Shown here: positions 27,566 to 41,918 of the stretch, in pieces
How the letters are laid out: each line of letters begins with the position of its first letter
How positions within the stretch are numbered: the first letter of the stretch is position 1
Source: Vicugna vicugna
Taxonomy: Eukaryota
Direction of reading: 5' to 3'
Length of the DNA stretch: 64,000 nt
Assembly: GCA_013265495.1 (NCBI GenBank)
Contig: MU058844.1
Location: forward strand, 11,616,184-11,680,183
Position numbers and translations under genes: made by a program
The notes under the pieces: model-generated
Database searches by the model: none
What the model was told of the DNA's origin: nothing
The model's input: only the letters and a program-made list of their open reading frames with translations

Positions 27566-27849
27566 TTTGTTTTACTTTCACCTTGACATCAAATCCACTG
27601 CAATTTCCATGAGTTCTACGTTTGTGATGTATCTTCTATCCTCTTCTTTATTTTCACACCATCACTATCCTAATTACGTTGATCTTTACCACCCTTTTGA
27701 TGACTGCAATTCATCATGCCTGTCTTTTTCTCTAGCTTCTGGTCTGTCAAGACACTCTTCATCAAGTGAACTTTAATCCCTTATTCAAACATCATAAATG
27801 ATGCTCCATGGGGCAAGGGGAGGAAAGGCCTCACAGAAGACTAATCAAT

Positions 27850-29550
27850 TTATCAAAAAGTGTTGATAGGTCAAGCCAGAAGAGATATGGAAATTGACCA
27901 CTGGTATTTAGCAACATGTATCTGATGTCAATGAAAGTCACTGCTAACCCTAAAAAGAAAGTCATTCATTACCTCAGTAAGAAAAGATTTGGAAGAGCAG
28001 AGTCAAGAGACAACAGGAAGAGAGGTAATGAGATAGCAAGAGAATTAAAAAAAAAGAAAAGAAAAACATTTTCCAAGGTGCAAAGAAGATCAGAGAAAGA
28101 GGGCAGTGGTTCAAAGGAATAACGGAATTTGGGGAGAGGGTTTTGTCTTATTGTGTTTACGGTGAGAGAGTTATGTCAACATGTCTGTGTGCTGATAGGA
28201 ATAACCCAGTGGAAACAAACACACAAAAATACTGAAGATGCAGACAACATAGAAATAATGGGGCTAAAAGTCTGAACAAAGATAGGGGATGGAATCCAGT
28301 ACCTAACTGGAGTGTTTGGCTCTGTTCAGTAGCGGAGACAGTTCTTACAGAGTAATAGGAGATAATGTAAGTGAGCTGTAACTAAGGAAGGAGTTAGGAT
28401 GATAAGGATTGTATTTGAATTGCTTCCGTTTTCTCAGGGAAATGGTAGGCACGCTGACTGGGAGTCAGAATGGGAAGGAAAGATTAGAAGTATGAGGAGA
28501 AAGAATAGGTGTGAATTATTTGTTAAGAGAACAGAAGAGTGAGTAAACCAGGGAAAGGCAGGATTCCTGGGCACGCTGGGAGTCCAGCTGAGATTACTAG
28601 TCATGCATTTGCTATGAAATTAGTCTGCATGCCTTTTCAAATTTTCTTGCCACATTCAGCTGGGCAGGTGCAGAACAGATGAAATGTTGGGTTCAACTAA
28701 AGGTGGAAGTTTTGCTAGTAAAATAAGCAAAGGGAGAAGGGGGCAGTGGAGTAGAAGGGATATCTGTGGCCCATAAAGCGATTTTTAAAAGGGACCATGG
28801 AATCTAACTTGCCCGAAGATGACTCTGAGGGCACAATGTAGGTATGGGATTCTGACAAGTTTGGATTAAGGCACTGAAGATTTTCATAGAACTGTATTAT
28901 TCTTGGAGGTGGGATAATAAAAGGAGTAAAGTGGAGAAGTCAGAGGGATTGCTATGATGTTCAAACTTGTTCCAATGGAGAGGGTGAAGACGTTTTTAAC
29001 AAGTTGTAGGATGTGAGAGTGGGAACACATGGCTCACACAGAATGGAGGGCAAAATCCCTACGAGGTAAGGTGTCAGGGTCCTGAGAAGTGAGGCTATTG
29101 GAAAGTGTATGCAGACACTGACATGATAATGGATGATGATTGGTAGAGAAAGTGACAAAAAATGAGTTAACATCTAGAATAACTAGGGGAAAGTGGCTTA
29201 AGGTTCTTGGAATGAGACACCAAGAAGGGGCAGCAGGGGGTCTAGATTGATGGTAGGGGCTTCAAAACTTATAGAAAGGAGGAGGGAGTGGTTACCTACA
29301 TCCTGCTCCAATAGTAGGAGGTTCCTGGGGGAAGAACTACATGGAAATCAGAAGCCAGAGGGAGAGGTGGTTTACAGTGAAAAAAAGGTGAAGGTGTGAC
29401 TCAAGAAGAGATGAGTGACAAAGGCAATTTAGCTGACAGTGGTTTTGAATTCTAAAAAGCAACGTGAAATGGTTTCAGGTATTGGGAAGGTATGGAGAAT
29501 GGAGTTTGCAGAAGGAGGATTTACAGAACTATACAGCTGTGGGGGGTATA
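27850..29550 (-). mobile_element. Long degenerate L2 ORF2 remnant
   Basis: Purine-rich plus strand with L2 motifs (gaccactggtatttagcaacatg). Minus-strand ORF 28961-29173 resembles a decayed endonuclease segment. Confidence 0.6.
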
Positions 29551-31803
29551 ACTATGAGGGAGAAACTGAATTATCCTATTAAGTGTATATCTTCAAAAGT
29601 CTGATGCATTTAACAGTACAGTCTGTAAATCAACCGCCTTCTGTTAAAATGTTAACGGTAGAAGAACTATATTGCACAACGCTTTCGTTTAATACTAGAT
29701 GAACAGAAATCACACAGAACAAGTCTAAAGTATTCAATGTGTAACTTATCACCCTCAAGTTAAAATGTAGCAGAAAAAAGTTAACTAACCTGAGAGAACA
29801 TGTTTCCCTTTAAAACCTGTGCACAGATATTTTCAAAACTGGTCATTAATTTGACAAAATAATGATGGTAAAACAATTCAACAGCCCGGATGTTGATAGA
29901 TGAAAATGTGTATATGCCAGGGAGTGAGATAAATTAAAAAGCACCCAGGGAAACAACAAATTAGCATTCTTGTCTTTACAAAGTTCAGCATTTTAAAATG
30001 AAAAGTCATCTTTGTGGGGTGGTCAGAGGCAGAAATACACAGCAGAGGTTATCAAGAAGAGGCACTGGTGAACGTGGAGGGCTGAGCACTTGGGATGCCC
30101 AACTCTGGGGAGGGTAACTGGTGGCCCTTCTCTTGGGACTGGCAGCAACATTATTTCCACAGAGGAAGAACAGCATCAGAAAAATCCTCTCTCCCACCTC
30201 TAGATCTGCCCCTATCAGATTTCCCAGGTGGATAAAAAGGTCTAGGTCAGGGTTTTGAAAGAGAAAGAGGCAAGAGACAAGGAGAGTAAATGATGGTAGA
30301 CAGCGAGCAAGAGACTGCCAGCAAGATAGACAGACGACATAAACGGAGAGGTGATCAGGGACAAAGAGCGTTTCTCCTACTCATCCGCTGCCATCCACAC
30401 ACTGTCAAGGTTTGCAGTCACTACCTTGGGGCCCTCAGCTGCGTCGAGCCTGAAGCTGTGCATCTGCATGAACCTCGTGCAGATGAACTAACAGGCTCAT
30501 TAGTTGCACCTACTCACAAAGAATCATAAAAGGCATAAGTAACAGTGTCTGCTGGCTCTGACCAACAGAGATTCTTTCAAGAAAAGAACATTCCTGGGAG
30601 TCTGAAAAATCAACCCTCACTCTCTCTTAACATATTATAATGTTATACAGTTCATAAGATATTAGGACGTTCAAACAATGTAAATAACTGAATGTAAACA
30701 CATATCAAAGACTTCTGTAGCTTGATAGGTTTCTCTCCTAAGGAAAAGCAAATCCAATTCTGACTTCTCTATTTCCTGTCTTATTGCTTTTCCTCTTTTT
30801 ACCTGCTCGCCTGTCATGTGGATGCAATCTCTGAAATGCACCAAGACTGCGTTTGCGAGGACTAAATTGCCCGTGGTTGACAGGATTTTGCAAGAGCCTA
30901 TTTGTTATTGTTGTGTGCTTATGCTCAGCTAAATAAAGTCATTAGGCAAACAAGTTTGAGCTCATTAGAGAGCTGATTGTACCTGCAGTATGCACTTGAT
31001 TTTCATGATTATTTCTGCATTGAAGATCACTCCTACTATTTGTATTCTGCAAAACAGAGCATCACAGTAGGGGAAGGCAAAAAAAAAACAACCCAGGGTC
31101 CCTAGTGACCATCAATAGCCATTTGAACCTTATTATCTTACCATGAATCCAATGCCTTGGAAAAACTCCAAGGCAGCAGCCGATCAAGAATTGTGATCTA
31201 TTTTAAACAGAAATTAAACCAGAATGAGAAAAAAGCAAAATCTGAAAGTCATAATCAATACTGACACCCTCTGGGTTAATGAGTTGCTGTCATTACGATA
31301 ACAATGGAATCAGAAGGTGAAATAAAGTATCTCTTCAAAGTGTGGTGATTAAGCCTTTAATCCAAAGAGCATATTTATGCAGGTGAAAATGTATTTTAAA
31401 TGCATGTTTCAAGACAGAAAACATTTAAAAGTTAATTTGAGCCTAACTCCACGTATCACACAGACAACTCCATTTTACAAAAGAGCTCTTACTGATCTTT
31501 GGAAAATAAAAGATGCCAGCCCTCCTCCTGCCGCTTGCTTGTGAAGGGGGTGTGACTGCCTCCTTTTCCACTTTCGACCTGTTCTCTGTCCTGTTATACC
31601 TCAACCACATGAGTAGCTACTACGAAAGAGATACTTGTTAAGTTAGAAAAATCTTAACCACATCCATTCCCTATTCTAGTCTGAAATATCAGACAACAAA
31701 GCCTAGGTATGTGAATATAGTTTGAGATTCTGCTGCCAACAGAATGTTTGTGTGTGGGGGAGTCAGGGCTAGAACATGTTCATGGGGTATTAAAATATAA
31801 ACA

Positions 31804-32040
31804 GATCTGCAGATACTAACTAATATATATAAAATAGACAAACAGCAAGTTTATACTGTACAGCACAGGGTAACTATATTCAATATCTTGTAGTAACTTA
31901 TGAAAAAGAATATGAAAACGAATACATGTATGTTCATGTATGACTAGGGAATTGTGCTATACACCAGAAACTGACACAGCATTACAAACTGACTATACTT
32001 TAATACAATACACATGTAAATTTTTTAAAAAGAAAAAATA
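31804..32040 (+). mobile_element. 5'-truncated L1 3' end
   Basis: Similar to 1-200; approximate TSD atataaaca on both sides. Confidence 0.85.
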
Positions 32041-33394
32041 TATAAACAAAACACATTTGGTATGGTCAATGGGTTGTTCTTGCTCCACGCTTCAGGTCTG
32101 TCATCTGCAAAATGCAGAATACAGTACTTTGATTATGAATACAGAACTCTTGGCATGGCCTCTTTCATACAATTGAACGATGTAAGTCCCCTTCCATTTC
32201 TCTACTGCCATTTATAGGGAAGAGAGTAACCATCACTCATCATGCATGGATTGATGGAAACCCCACTTGTCAGATAGGACTAATCACTTCTCCAGTTCTC
32301 TTTGAAGATGGTTCCATTCTAGGGATATGATCAGTACACCAGGATATCTTACTAATTCAAGAAGCCTCATGTTTGTTTTCTTATTTTTAAAGAAGAGGGT
32401 TTGTTTTTTTTTTAAACTAACACTTGCTTCTGTGATGAGAAGGAAGAAGGAGACTTGTGCCTGGCCCTGTCTAATATGACAACTCTCCTATTAAAGTAGG
32501 TTTGGGATGATGGAGCAGGTATGAGATGTCATATATCAAACAACAAATACCAAAATATACTGCCTCCTTTTGCAGATAAAAATGCTGCCAGTCACAAAAA
32601 TGATGCATGGATCCATGAAGTCTATCTAATAAGACTTCAAAGAGGTAGAATACCATGTTCTGTTTTAAAGCAGACTTCTTTCAGAATTGATGACTATGGA
32701 GTAATTTTGCCAAAGATAGTTTCAGGTATGGAAGCTACAAATCTAAGTTTTTATGTATAAGAACCTCATACAGTCTTTTCACTTAAATTTTTTTAAAAAA
32801 AAACCTCTTTAGAATTTCTGTGCTAACCCATCCGTGGCCTGGCTGCATGACTCAACGGCATCTCGGCTCTGCCTGCTGTGACAGCTTTAGCTACAAAAGG
32901 TACAACACTTTCTAACACCCAGGCACACTCACAGCTGGGGATTTCACATGACGGTTTTATTTTAGAGACAATTCCGTCTGCTGCTTGGACACGGGAGGGT
33001 GTGCTTTGTGTGAGGCTTATTCTTGATATTTTTAGGGAATCACAGAGTTAAGAATCCTAACCAGCAGAATATTTGTTAGAAATATAATCAAAATTAATAA
33101 TTGCCTTATAATTTGATTTTTCTAAATATTGCTGCCCACGTTCTCAAATGGTTAAATATTCTATGCCACATGGTCTTCGGGGTGATTTGTAGAGTTGAAG
33201 CGGCAGGCCTTTCGGGGTCATCTTTCCATTTTCTTGGTTCAGTTCTCTTTGTCTGCTACCACGCGGCAGGGTTACTGAGGGAGATGCCATGGTTTGAAAT
33301 TTAGAAGGACAGAAAGGGTAAGATATAACTCTTACACTTGTTACTTTACCTCCTACTAGCCATCGAGCGGGATGCAGTACAAAGAGAATGAGAG

Positions 33395-33812
33395 TGTTAG
33401 GGATGAAGTGTGTGCCACCCTCCTCGCCCAGCCAAAGTTCACAGTCAAGCCCCTGGCAACTCAGCGTGGGACCTGGTTTGGAAATAGGGTCTTTACAGAG
33501 GAATGAAGTTAAAAGGAAGTCACTAGGGTGTGCACTAATCCATTATGACTGATGTCCTTACAAAAAGGGGACATTTGGCCACACACACACACACACAGAG
33601 GAAGACCATGTGAAGACATAAAGAGAAGACAGCCATCTATGAGGCCAGGAGGGAGGCCTAGGAAGGTCCTTCCTCCAGGGGCCTCAGAAGGAGTGAAAAC
33701 TGCAGAGGCCCGCATTTCCTCCTTCTAACCTACAGAACCTGGACCCCGCATTTCTAGTGTTTAAGGTGCCCAGTTTGTGGTAGTTTATAACAAGCTCTGT
33801 CAATCTTAAACA
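33395..33812 (+). mobile_element. MLT1A/B/C-type MaLR solo LTR with internal (CA)n
   Basis: tttggaaatagggtctttacagag, atgactgatgtccttacaaaaagggg, cccagtttgtggtagttt. Confidence 0.85.
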
Positions 33813-33847
33813 GAGAATAAATGTCAGGCCCAAGAATGGCCCAGAAC

Positions 33848-34063
33848 AGGATTCACCAAATTATGACCGCGGACCAAACGCAAATTGTAGACCCCATAAG
33901 CTAAGAATGTTTATTATAGTTTCACACAGTGGAAAAAATGTGTGGCTGTTATTTCCCTCTCAGTATCTAAGCACAGACGCAACTTCTTGACTTTGCCTCT
34001 TACCCTGCAAGGCCAACACTATTTACTGTCTGACCCTTTCTGGAAAAAGTTTGCTGATCCTTG
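33848..34063 (+). mobile_element. MER58-like hAT-Charlie DNA transposon
   Basis: cagg...agctaagaatg...tatttactgtctgaccctttctggaaaaagtttgctgatccttg. Confidence 0.7.
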
Positions 34064-34549
34064 GGGTAGATAAGAAACAGGCTGATTTCAGGTCCAACTT
34101 TGCCATTTCATTATTGGAAGCTCAGTTAATTTCATGGAGCTTTCCTGTTTTTATCTATCTGTAGAATAAGGCTTTTTGACAACTTTGCCAATTTCACAGA
34201 ATTAGTATCAAGAAGTAAACCAAAAAACGAAGAATGTGAAGAAACTTAAGAAATGTCAAAAGGTCTATACATATACAGGGTTTTTTTTTTTTTTACCAGA
34301 AACATATTTTTTAATTGAGTTATAGTCAATTTACAATGCTGTGTCAATTTCTGGCCCAGAAATATTAACAGAAATTATACATACACCAAAGTTTAGAAAT
34401 CTATAGTTTTACCCTATGAATTTTCTAAACTCAGAGTTGAGTTCTGTGCTTTTTAGATGTAACCAAGACATATTTAAAACAGAATTTTTGAAGAAAATTG
34501 CCATTGGATAGCCTAATAATATACTTCACTATTTAAGCAAGAGGTACAA

Positions 34550-34710
34550 TTAGGTATAAAATAATATAATCTACAACATGGAAAATATAGCCAATATTTT
34601 ATAATAACTATAAATGGAATATAATATTGTACACCTGGAACTTACATAACATTGCACAGCAACTATACTTCGATAAATAAATAAGCAACTATGCTTCGAT
34701 AAATAAATAA
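34550..34710 (+). mobile_element. L1MA-type 3' end with duplicated terminus
   Basis: aatatagccaatattttataataactataaatgga...caactatacttc; a 26-bp unit is repeated. Confidence 0.75.
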
Positions 34711-36835
34711 ACTTCCGGTTTGCAAGTCTTGGTCAAAATATTTTTAAACAATCACCAGCTAGAATCAAATCAACATATTTTACATCTTAAACTTACACAA
34801 TGTTAAAGTCAATTATATCTTAATTTTAAAAAAAGCAGCAAATAGTGATATTCTGGATGATAATGGTTTTGAAAGACATTCACACATAATAAACTATAAT
34901 AAACTCTTCCATAATGCCTGCAGTGTTAACATCCTTATCTACATGATTCTTTTGTTACCTGTAGATAAAAACAAGCTCTCCACAAAATAAAGCATTTCAT
35001 TCATTCACTCACTCATTCAGTTAAATAAACATTAATTGAGTACCAACAGTGCATCAGGCTTTGTGCTAGATGCTGAGAATATAAAGTTAGATAAAACATG
35101 GAAAAAATACTTCTGAAACCACATGGAGAGTCTTATACAATACAAGGATGCATGTGATGAAATGAGGTTTCAGGACAATAGACGGATATTGACAAGAACT
35201 GCATTTGAAACTGGGGGTATGGGGATGCAGAGGGCACGGTCCCTATCTTTGGACATGTCATAGGTTTCTGGGAGAGTCAGACACATAAAGAGAGTCTTCA
35301 AAATAATATGGTGAATTATCAGATTGAAGTACACCTAGTGCACAGAGAAGAAAGGACGTTCACAGAGGAAACACCATATAAAGTGAGTCCCAGGGAACAA
35401 ATAAGAATTGTAAAGGAAGATAAAGGGTTGAGTGTGGAATTCTAGGCTTAAACAAAGACATGGAGCGGCTGAATTTAGTGTGTATATGCATGGATACGTG
35501 TGTGAAGGGGGAGACAAAAAATAGTTCAGTAGTTCTCAAAGTATAAACTGTGAGGTCAGGCAAGGCCAGATATAAAGGTAAAGCTGTCAGCCAGATGCTA
35601 GGATGCCCAGGCTTAGAATAGAAGAAGAGAAGGAATTAAAAACAAAAAAAAAAGGTACCATGGTAATTGTATAGATTAAGCATGTTGAGATATAAGTAAG
35701 AACTTAGTTAAGATGCTTCCTTGGCTGTAGTGATTGGTTAAAAAATGTGCATACGATAACCTGACCAATCTTAGTAACTCCTAAGAACTTCGCAGAAGTT
35801 TGCTTCTCCTGCACTGAACTTGAACCTTGAATTATGTAGGATTTAGAGTGAGTTGCAGTGATGAGAGGAGAATCTAGCCTATGCCTGCAAAACACCACAG
35901 CCAAGCCCAGAGATAAGGCAAACCAGATCCTGTTGCAGGCAGCCACATCTGAATTCAGAGCTACCTACGGACCTCTCAGTTATGGGAACGATGTATGCTT
36001 TTTTTCTTAATCCAGCTTTACTGTGAGTTTCTGTCACTTACAATCAAGAGAGGCCTAATTGTGTAACTAGTCATTACTAATTACGCTTTCATTCTTTTAA
36101 GTATGAAAATGAGGCAAGAGAGTTACATAGCTTTCCAAAGTCACACAAACAGCCATTGTTTAGCTGGGATCAGAAACCAGGAATCTAAACTCCAAAACCC
36201 TTTTTAAATAACCAATTACATTAAACTCTAGCTCACAATATTATATATATTTTTTCCAAATGTAAACTGCCTATACTGATTTAAGGACTTGTAATCAGTA
36301 GGCACATGGCAGATATTTGGGGAAAGTCATAGGTAAATGACAGTCCTGATTAGATGGACTCACACCTGGTAGCCAGGGTTATAGGCTCTAAATAAGGGAA
36401 AAAGCTGAGAATTTCCATGTTTATTATGCAAATTTCATTTAATTACCCAGTGGTTAATCCTTAGCTGTACTCCGTGTCCCACACAGATTCAATCTCTTTT
36501 TCCCTCCGCAGAGAATAATCTCCAGTATTTTGCTAAGATAGGAAAGGGGGGCCACCCAGTTATTCACGGTTGAGTTGGAGATCTGGGGATCTGACTACTT
36601 CTTAAAAACCTGTTGATCCAACAATTCCACCTAGTTTGACTTCATATTCACCCCTACATCCCAAGGTAACTGATCCTAAAATCCCCAAGCCTTTGGAAGT
36701 TCCTGTGGTGTGAACTGCATTGCTTGACTTCACCGTCCGTGGGCTCCCGTGCTTTCCCGGGCTGCTAAATCAGTCACCACCCTCCCTCCATCTAGCCATT
36801 TTCACAGCTTTCTTGCTATTGTTGCCTTCTGTAAA

Positions 36836-36965
36836 GTCAGCTGTCAGTATCTGCAGGGGAACTGGTTCTAGGAGTCTCCGCTACAAATAAAATTCATGGA
36901 TGCTCTAGTCCCTAACATAAAATGGCCTCAGATGGGGAACCCGTGGATTTGGAAGGCCGACTGTG
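36836..36965 (+). mobile_element. Internally deleted MER2/Tigger-like DNA transposon
   Basis: cagtatctgcagggga.ctggttctagga...catggatgctctagtccctaacataaaatgg...gaacccgtggatttggaaggccgactgt. Confidence 0.7.
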
Positions 36966-37529
36966 CTCTGACATTTGTGGCTTTATGTGTTTTAAAATTG
37001 CTTTTCACTAATACAGTTTTGAAAGTTTCAGTAGCAGTGAAACTGGTATGATGTCTGAAATATTAAAAATCAACTGTACCAACATATTCTAAAAAGAGAG
37101 TAGTTAATTGGAATCTGAGCAGCATTTCTACTGGTTTTTCCTAGGATCAACCTATTCTAGCCAGTAGCCAACTGAACCAGCTTAGGATAAAAGGTCCAAT
37201 CAAATTACTTAGTCAAAACCAAAGCTGGAAAAGATTTTAAAATAACAACTATATATATTTATACACACACACATACATAAATAACAACTGTATGTATTTT
37301 ATATATATATACACAAAAAGAATGTTGTTTTTAGAGTCTGCTGATTTGTTTTACTTCACCCGGGGTTTAAATCCAACTCTGACGTTTACTAACGGTGTGA
37401 AATGAAGCAAATTATTCATCTCTTTGTGCTGTGGATGCCTTATTTGCAAAAAGGTGGTAATTACAGTACCAAATACAGAAGGCTGTTATGAGGATTAAAT
37501 TAGTTAATACATGTAAGGTATTAAAAACT

Positions 37530-38170
37530 ATTTCATTGGTTTCTGCTTCTATGTATATTTTCTTACTTCTTTGGGTTTAATTTGCTTTTCTTTTCCTAAC
37601 TTCTTGAACTGGACAATTCCTAACTTCTTGGATGCTTAGCTCATTGATTTTTAGCCTTTCTTGTTTGTTTCATAAGTACATGTATTTAAGGCTATAAATC
37701 TCCCTCTAAGCATGATTTTTGGACACATCCTACAATTTCTAATATGTTCTTATTATTCAGCCCAATGTATTTTCTAATTTCCATTGTGATTTCTTCTTTT
37801 GCCCAAATGTCATCAGGAAGTGCATTTTCTAATTTTCAAACACACAGTGATTGTCCAGTTATCTTTTGGTGAATGGTTTCTAGCTTAATAGCACTGTGGT
37901 CAAAGGACATACTATATTACAGGATTTCAGTTCTTTCCCATTTTTTGGGACTTACTTCATGGCCCAACATACAACCTTTTTATAACTAGCCAGTGTGTAC
38001 TTGGAAAGAATGAATTCTGCTCTTTTTGGTTCTGGTGTTCTATTTATGTTCATTAGGTCAACTTATTGTGTGATTCAAATCTTTACATCTTTACTGATTT
38101 TTTTTTGTGTGGGGGGGTCTTCTTGTTCTATCAGTGTCTGAAAGAAGTCTATTAACAACTCCCAAGTCGG
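37530..38170 (-). mobile_element. Old L1M ORF2 fragment nested in a MIR
   Basis: Antisense L1 motifs (ctataaatctccctctaagca, gcactgtggtcaaag). MIR core (gttatgaggattaaat) lies at about 37360-37530 and resumes at about 38185. Confidence 0.7.
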
Positions 38171-41100
38171 AAAAAAAAAGGAGTTATGTCTGGCACCAGT
38201 AAGACACTCAATAAAGAAACTACTATTATAATTATTTTTGTTTTTATCTAGTAAATATTTGAGTTGTTAAGTGGGGATGGTTTGTATAAACTATCTGGGA
38301 TCAGAGTAGAATACACTGGTAGAAAAACAGAAGATAGGGTTTGGTTCTACAACAAATAAAGCCTCTCTGAAAGTTTTACTATGTTTGAAGAAGCACAATT
38401 TCAGTCAATACTGAATACCGTCTATTTTCTAAGAAAACCTGGCTGACAAACTGTTTTAAAATTGTAACAAACTCATGAATCCTAACAGTTTACAGAACCC
38501 TCAATATGTACCTGGAATTATAAAAGTCTAAAATAAAAGTAAATTATAAAACTTAATCTTAAGAAATGAGATTTACTTGGAGAAATACAATTAAATTCCC
38601 AATGTATGTATGTATACACACACACACACAGAAACATGCACATGCACATATGTGAGACATCCTCTTCTGGTAAATTCAAAATTCTATCTTCTAAGAAAAA
38701 ACTACACTGACTTAGACATGCAATCAGGTCAGATAAGATGTGGCTAATGAATCTGCCCCAAAAATGAGAAATTTGATGAATGTCTTAAAAATGTAATGGT
38801 TGATTACACAAACTCCTTAGATACAATTTACGCCATATGATAGAATAGCATCCAATCATCAAAAGTCATATTAAAAAATATTTAATACTCAAGGGTGGTG
38901 CTTATTATGGAAGCAGGTGAAGAAAGCAGGATAATTTACTGTATAGATGGTATAACCCAAACCGTGCAGACAGAGTGGGTTAGCAGCCCTGGGAGGAACA
39001 CATCAAAGCACTGCTCCTGGTTGTTCTGGGAAGGGGAGGATTATCAATTATTTTTAGATTCTTCTTTATACTTTTATTTATTCTGTGAACTTTCCTCAAT
39101 AATCCCAGAAAAAGCTTTATAATAACAAAATAACTATTTAATTCAGAAAATAAGCACTCATTTGTAATGAAAACACTTTTATTTGCAACTTATCTAAAAA
39201 AACACATGGCAGCTCTGTAAACACTTAAAAATAATTCCAACTCCCTGCAAATAACTTTAACCATTTCAAACACAAATTAAGTCAAGCAAGAGAAATGATT
39301 ATAAATGGAGCACATATGACTCTAATAAATAAGCCCACGCCCCCGACGCCACACAGCTGGAATGAGGAAGTGCGGGACTGATCAGCTGCCAACCAGAAGC
39401 TCAGTTTAATGATCCCAAGTTGAATGTCTCACCCCATTAGGTAGTCTATTAAAAAAAGAATTCATCCATAGTTCTTGAAGGGGGAAAAAAAAAAAACAAG
39501 TGTTTCACATATAGATGCAACTTCCTAAATCAAATTAAACAGTTTAAATTCATTGGTAAAATCTCTATCTTATTGCTCTTTGTAGGGAAAAAAAATCCTG
39601 TAATGTAAAAGGTCCCCATTGCTTTTCCCTTCATACAAGTGCTCTTTTAGTATTTTTCTGTGTATTAGTTGAACATATTTGTCTCCTTTACATTTTTTTC
39701 TCTTATTTCCTTGAGCCTGTTACAGATATTTCAACAGCCATTAAGTTTCAAGATTATGATGGATTTATATGTATAAAAGAGCAAAACACTGCTAAATTGC
39801 TTTACTGATATTAACAAACTGGCCAGCCTTTTAGAAGCTCTAATGCATGTGAAAATATTGTTCTGTCAATTGTGTTTTTACATTTATTGACAATCTGCAG
39901 TAGAAATAGAATACGATTACCTACTGAAGGAACTCACCAACATTGACGAAGTTCAATTAAAAAAAAGATATTTATATTTTATGGGTATGTTTAGACCAAA
40001 AGAGGCAACTAAAATAATGTTAAAAGTCAGAAAATTTTATCCAGGCATGATAAACACCTTCATCTAATTTAATAATTTTATGAATAATAGTAAGAGCACA
40101 GATACTGGATTCAAATCCAGCCATTACCATTTATTTGAATAGTGTTTATAGGCAAGTTACTTGATCTAATGACTGTTTGCCTCACTTATAAATGGCAGTA
40201 ATAAAGCCCACTTCATAGGGTAGTTGTAAACGTAAAATACAATAGTGTATTTAAGTAGGATGGTATGTTGGCTACACATACAAGATTCTCAATGCTGACA
40301 GAACTATGGCTGTTTTTACTATAACAATCATGACTCCTTGTCCTCAACATCATCATCACCATCTTCATAAGATTCATTAGAAATTGTTTTGGAAGGAGAT
40401 AATGTAAAACTACTGCATACATTAGAGTGCTGGGGACCACCACTCCCATGGGGAGATTAACTCTAGAATGGTAAAATTTAGCTTTGATCAAGTTTAATGC
40501 CAGGGGCAGTCTTATAAAAGACGGTAAATCTTAGAGCCACCTGTAGGTATGTTTTGAAAGAAATTAAAAGGTATCCAAATCAAAAAATACCTACAACTTG
40601 GACTAGTTGTATTGTCCAAGCAGCTTTTGAATTTCGACGGTTTTTTGGGCTTTAATAGTCCCTACTTTAAAGCCCTTCTAATTTAAAACCTTTGAGTACG
40701 GGTTCCCCCCAAATTGAGCACAGTACTTGGCAGGGAGCAGGTTCTCAATATATGTGTACAGTGTGAATTAGTCCTATGAGGGTATTATGTAAAAGTATTG
40801 GAAGTTTATAAGACTATTCACAATGAGTTCAGGTCATGCTGAGAATCAAGACCCAGGACAGAAATTTAGGACCAGTTCATAAGCCTGCAAAGAGGAACAA
40901 GGTACCAAAGGAAAGCTGAGGGGACAAAGAAAATCTTCTCTACTCCTCCAACGTTCTGCATTGGTCTCTCTCTATTTAGAGGAGGGCAAAAATGGCAGGC
41001 CATTTAATTATAAAAGAAATAATTATATTTACTTTATCTATTTTCATCTCAGCCTATTAATCTTTTTTTGTGTTTGCTTTTAATTACTATGGAAAGCCAG

Positions 41101-41427
41101 TAGGCTAATGAAGGAAATACTTAAGATATGGAAATATACTGATTCTGTGATTATGCTGGAATAAATCAACACAGAATAGAAGGAATTATTAGAGTGTACA
41201 CAGACTAGTGACAAGCATCATGAATCCCATCTCCGGAGATATTTGCTTGGTAGCTTAGAAGAAAGCTCTGTTGCCTTAGCTTCTCTTGTTTGGAGATGTC
41301 ATGGAAATACCAAAGGCCTTCCACCCTTAGAAATGACCCTTCACCTGATTTTTTGAGAATTTTCCATCAGCCCTTATGTAGACACAGTGCAATTTTCTGC
41401 ACATTGATGAAAACTGTAGATTTAGGG

Positions 41428-41918
41428 TGAAGGGATCTAAAATACACCACTGAGGAGAGCTTTTCATTTTCCTTTCTAAATTCCTCTTGTGTAACTAAAA
41501 GTGTCTCCCAAGAGAATGCAACTGTCATAAATCTCTTCCCTGGGAGTTTCACAACGAGATGATTGATTCCTATCACCAGAAACAAATGTGAATATTTAGG
41601 CACTGAAGAAGAAATTGCCTCAATAGACATTGTCACAGAACTATCTTATCTCCCATCTCTTCTTCTAAGGTCCCATTTATCTTTCTTAAAAGTCATTTGT
41701 TTTCCCATATAAATATCCTTTTCTCTGTTCCCTTTTCCCTATTAAGATGTCTCAAATTCTAAACATCATCTTGAGTGACATCTTTCTGTGATTTCCTGCA
41801 TACATATGTGAACAAAAAATTGTCTTTTCTCTTGATAATATGTTTTTTGGTCAGTGTAATTTGCAGGCCCCCAACCACTAAACCTAACAGGGTGGAAAAA
41901 AAGATTTTCCCTCCCAGT
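41428..41918 (+). mobile_element. MER34/MER39-like ERV1 solo LTR
   Basis: Start tgaagggatctaaaatacaccac; end gcaggcccccaaccactaaacctaacagggtggaaaaaaagattttccctcccca. Confidence 0.7.
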
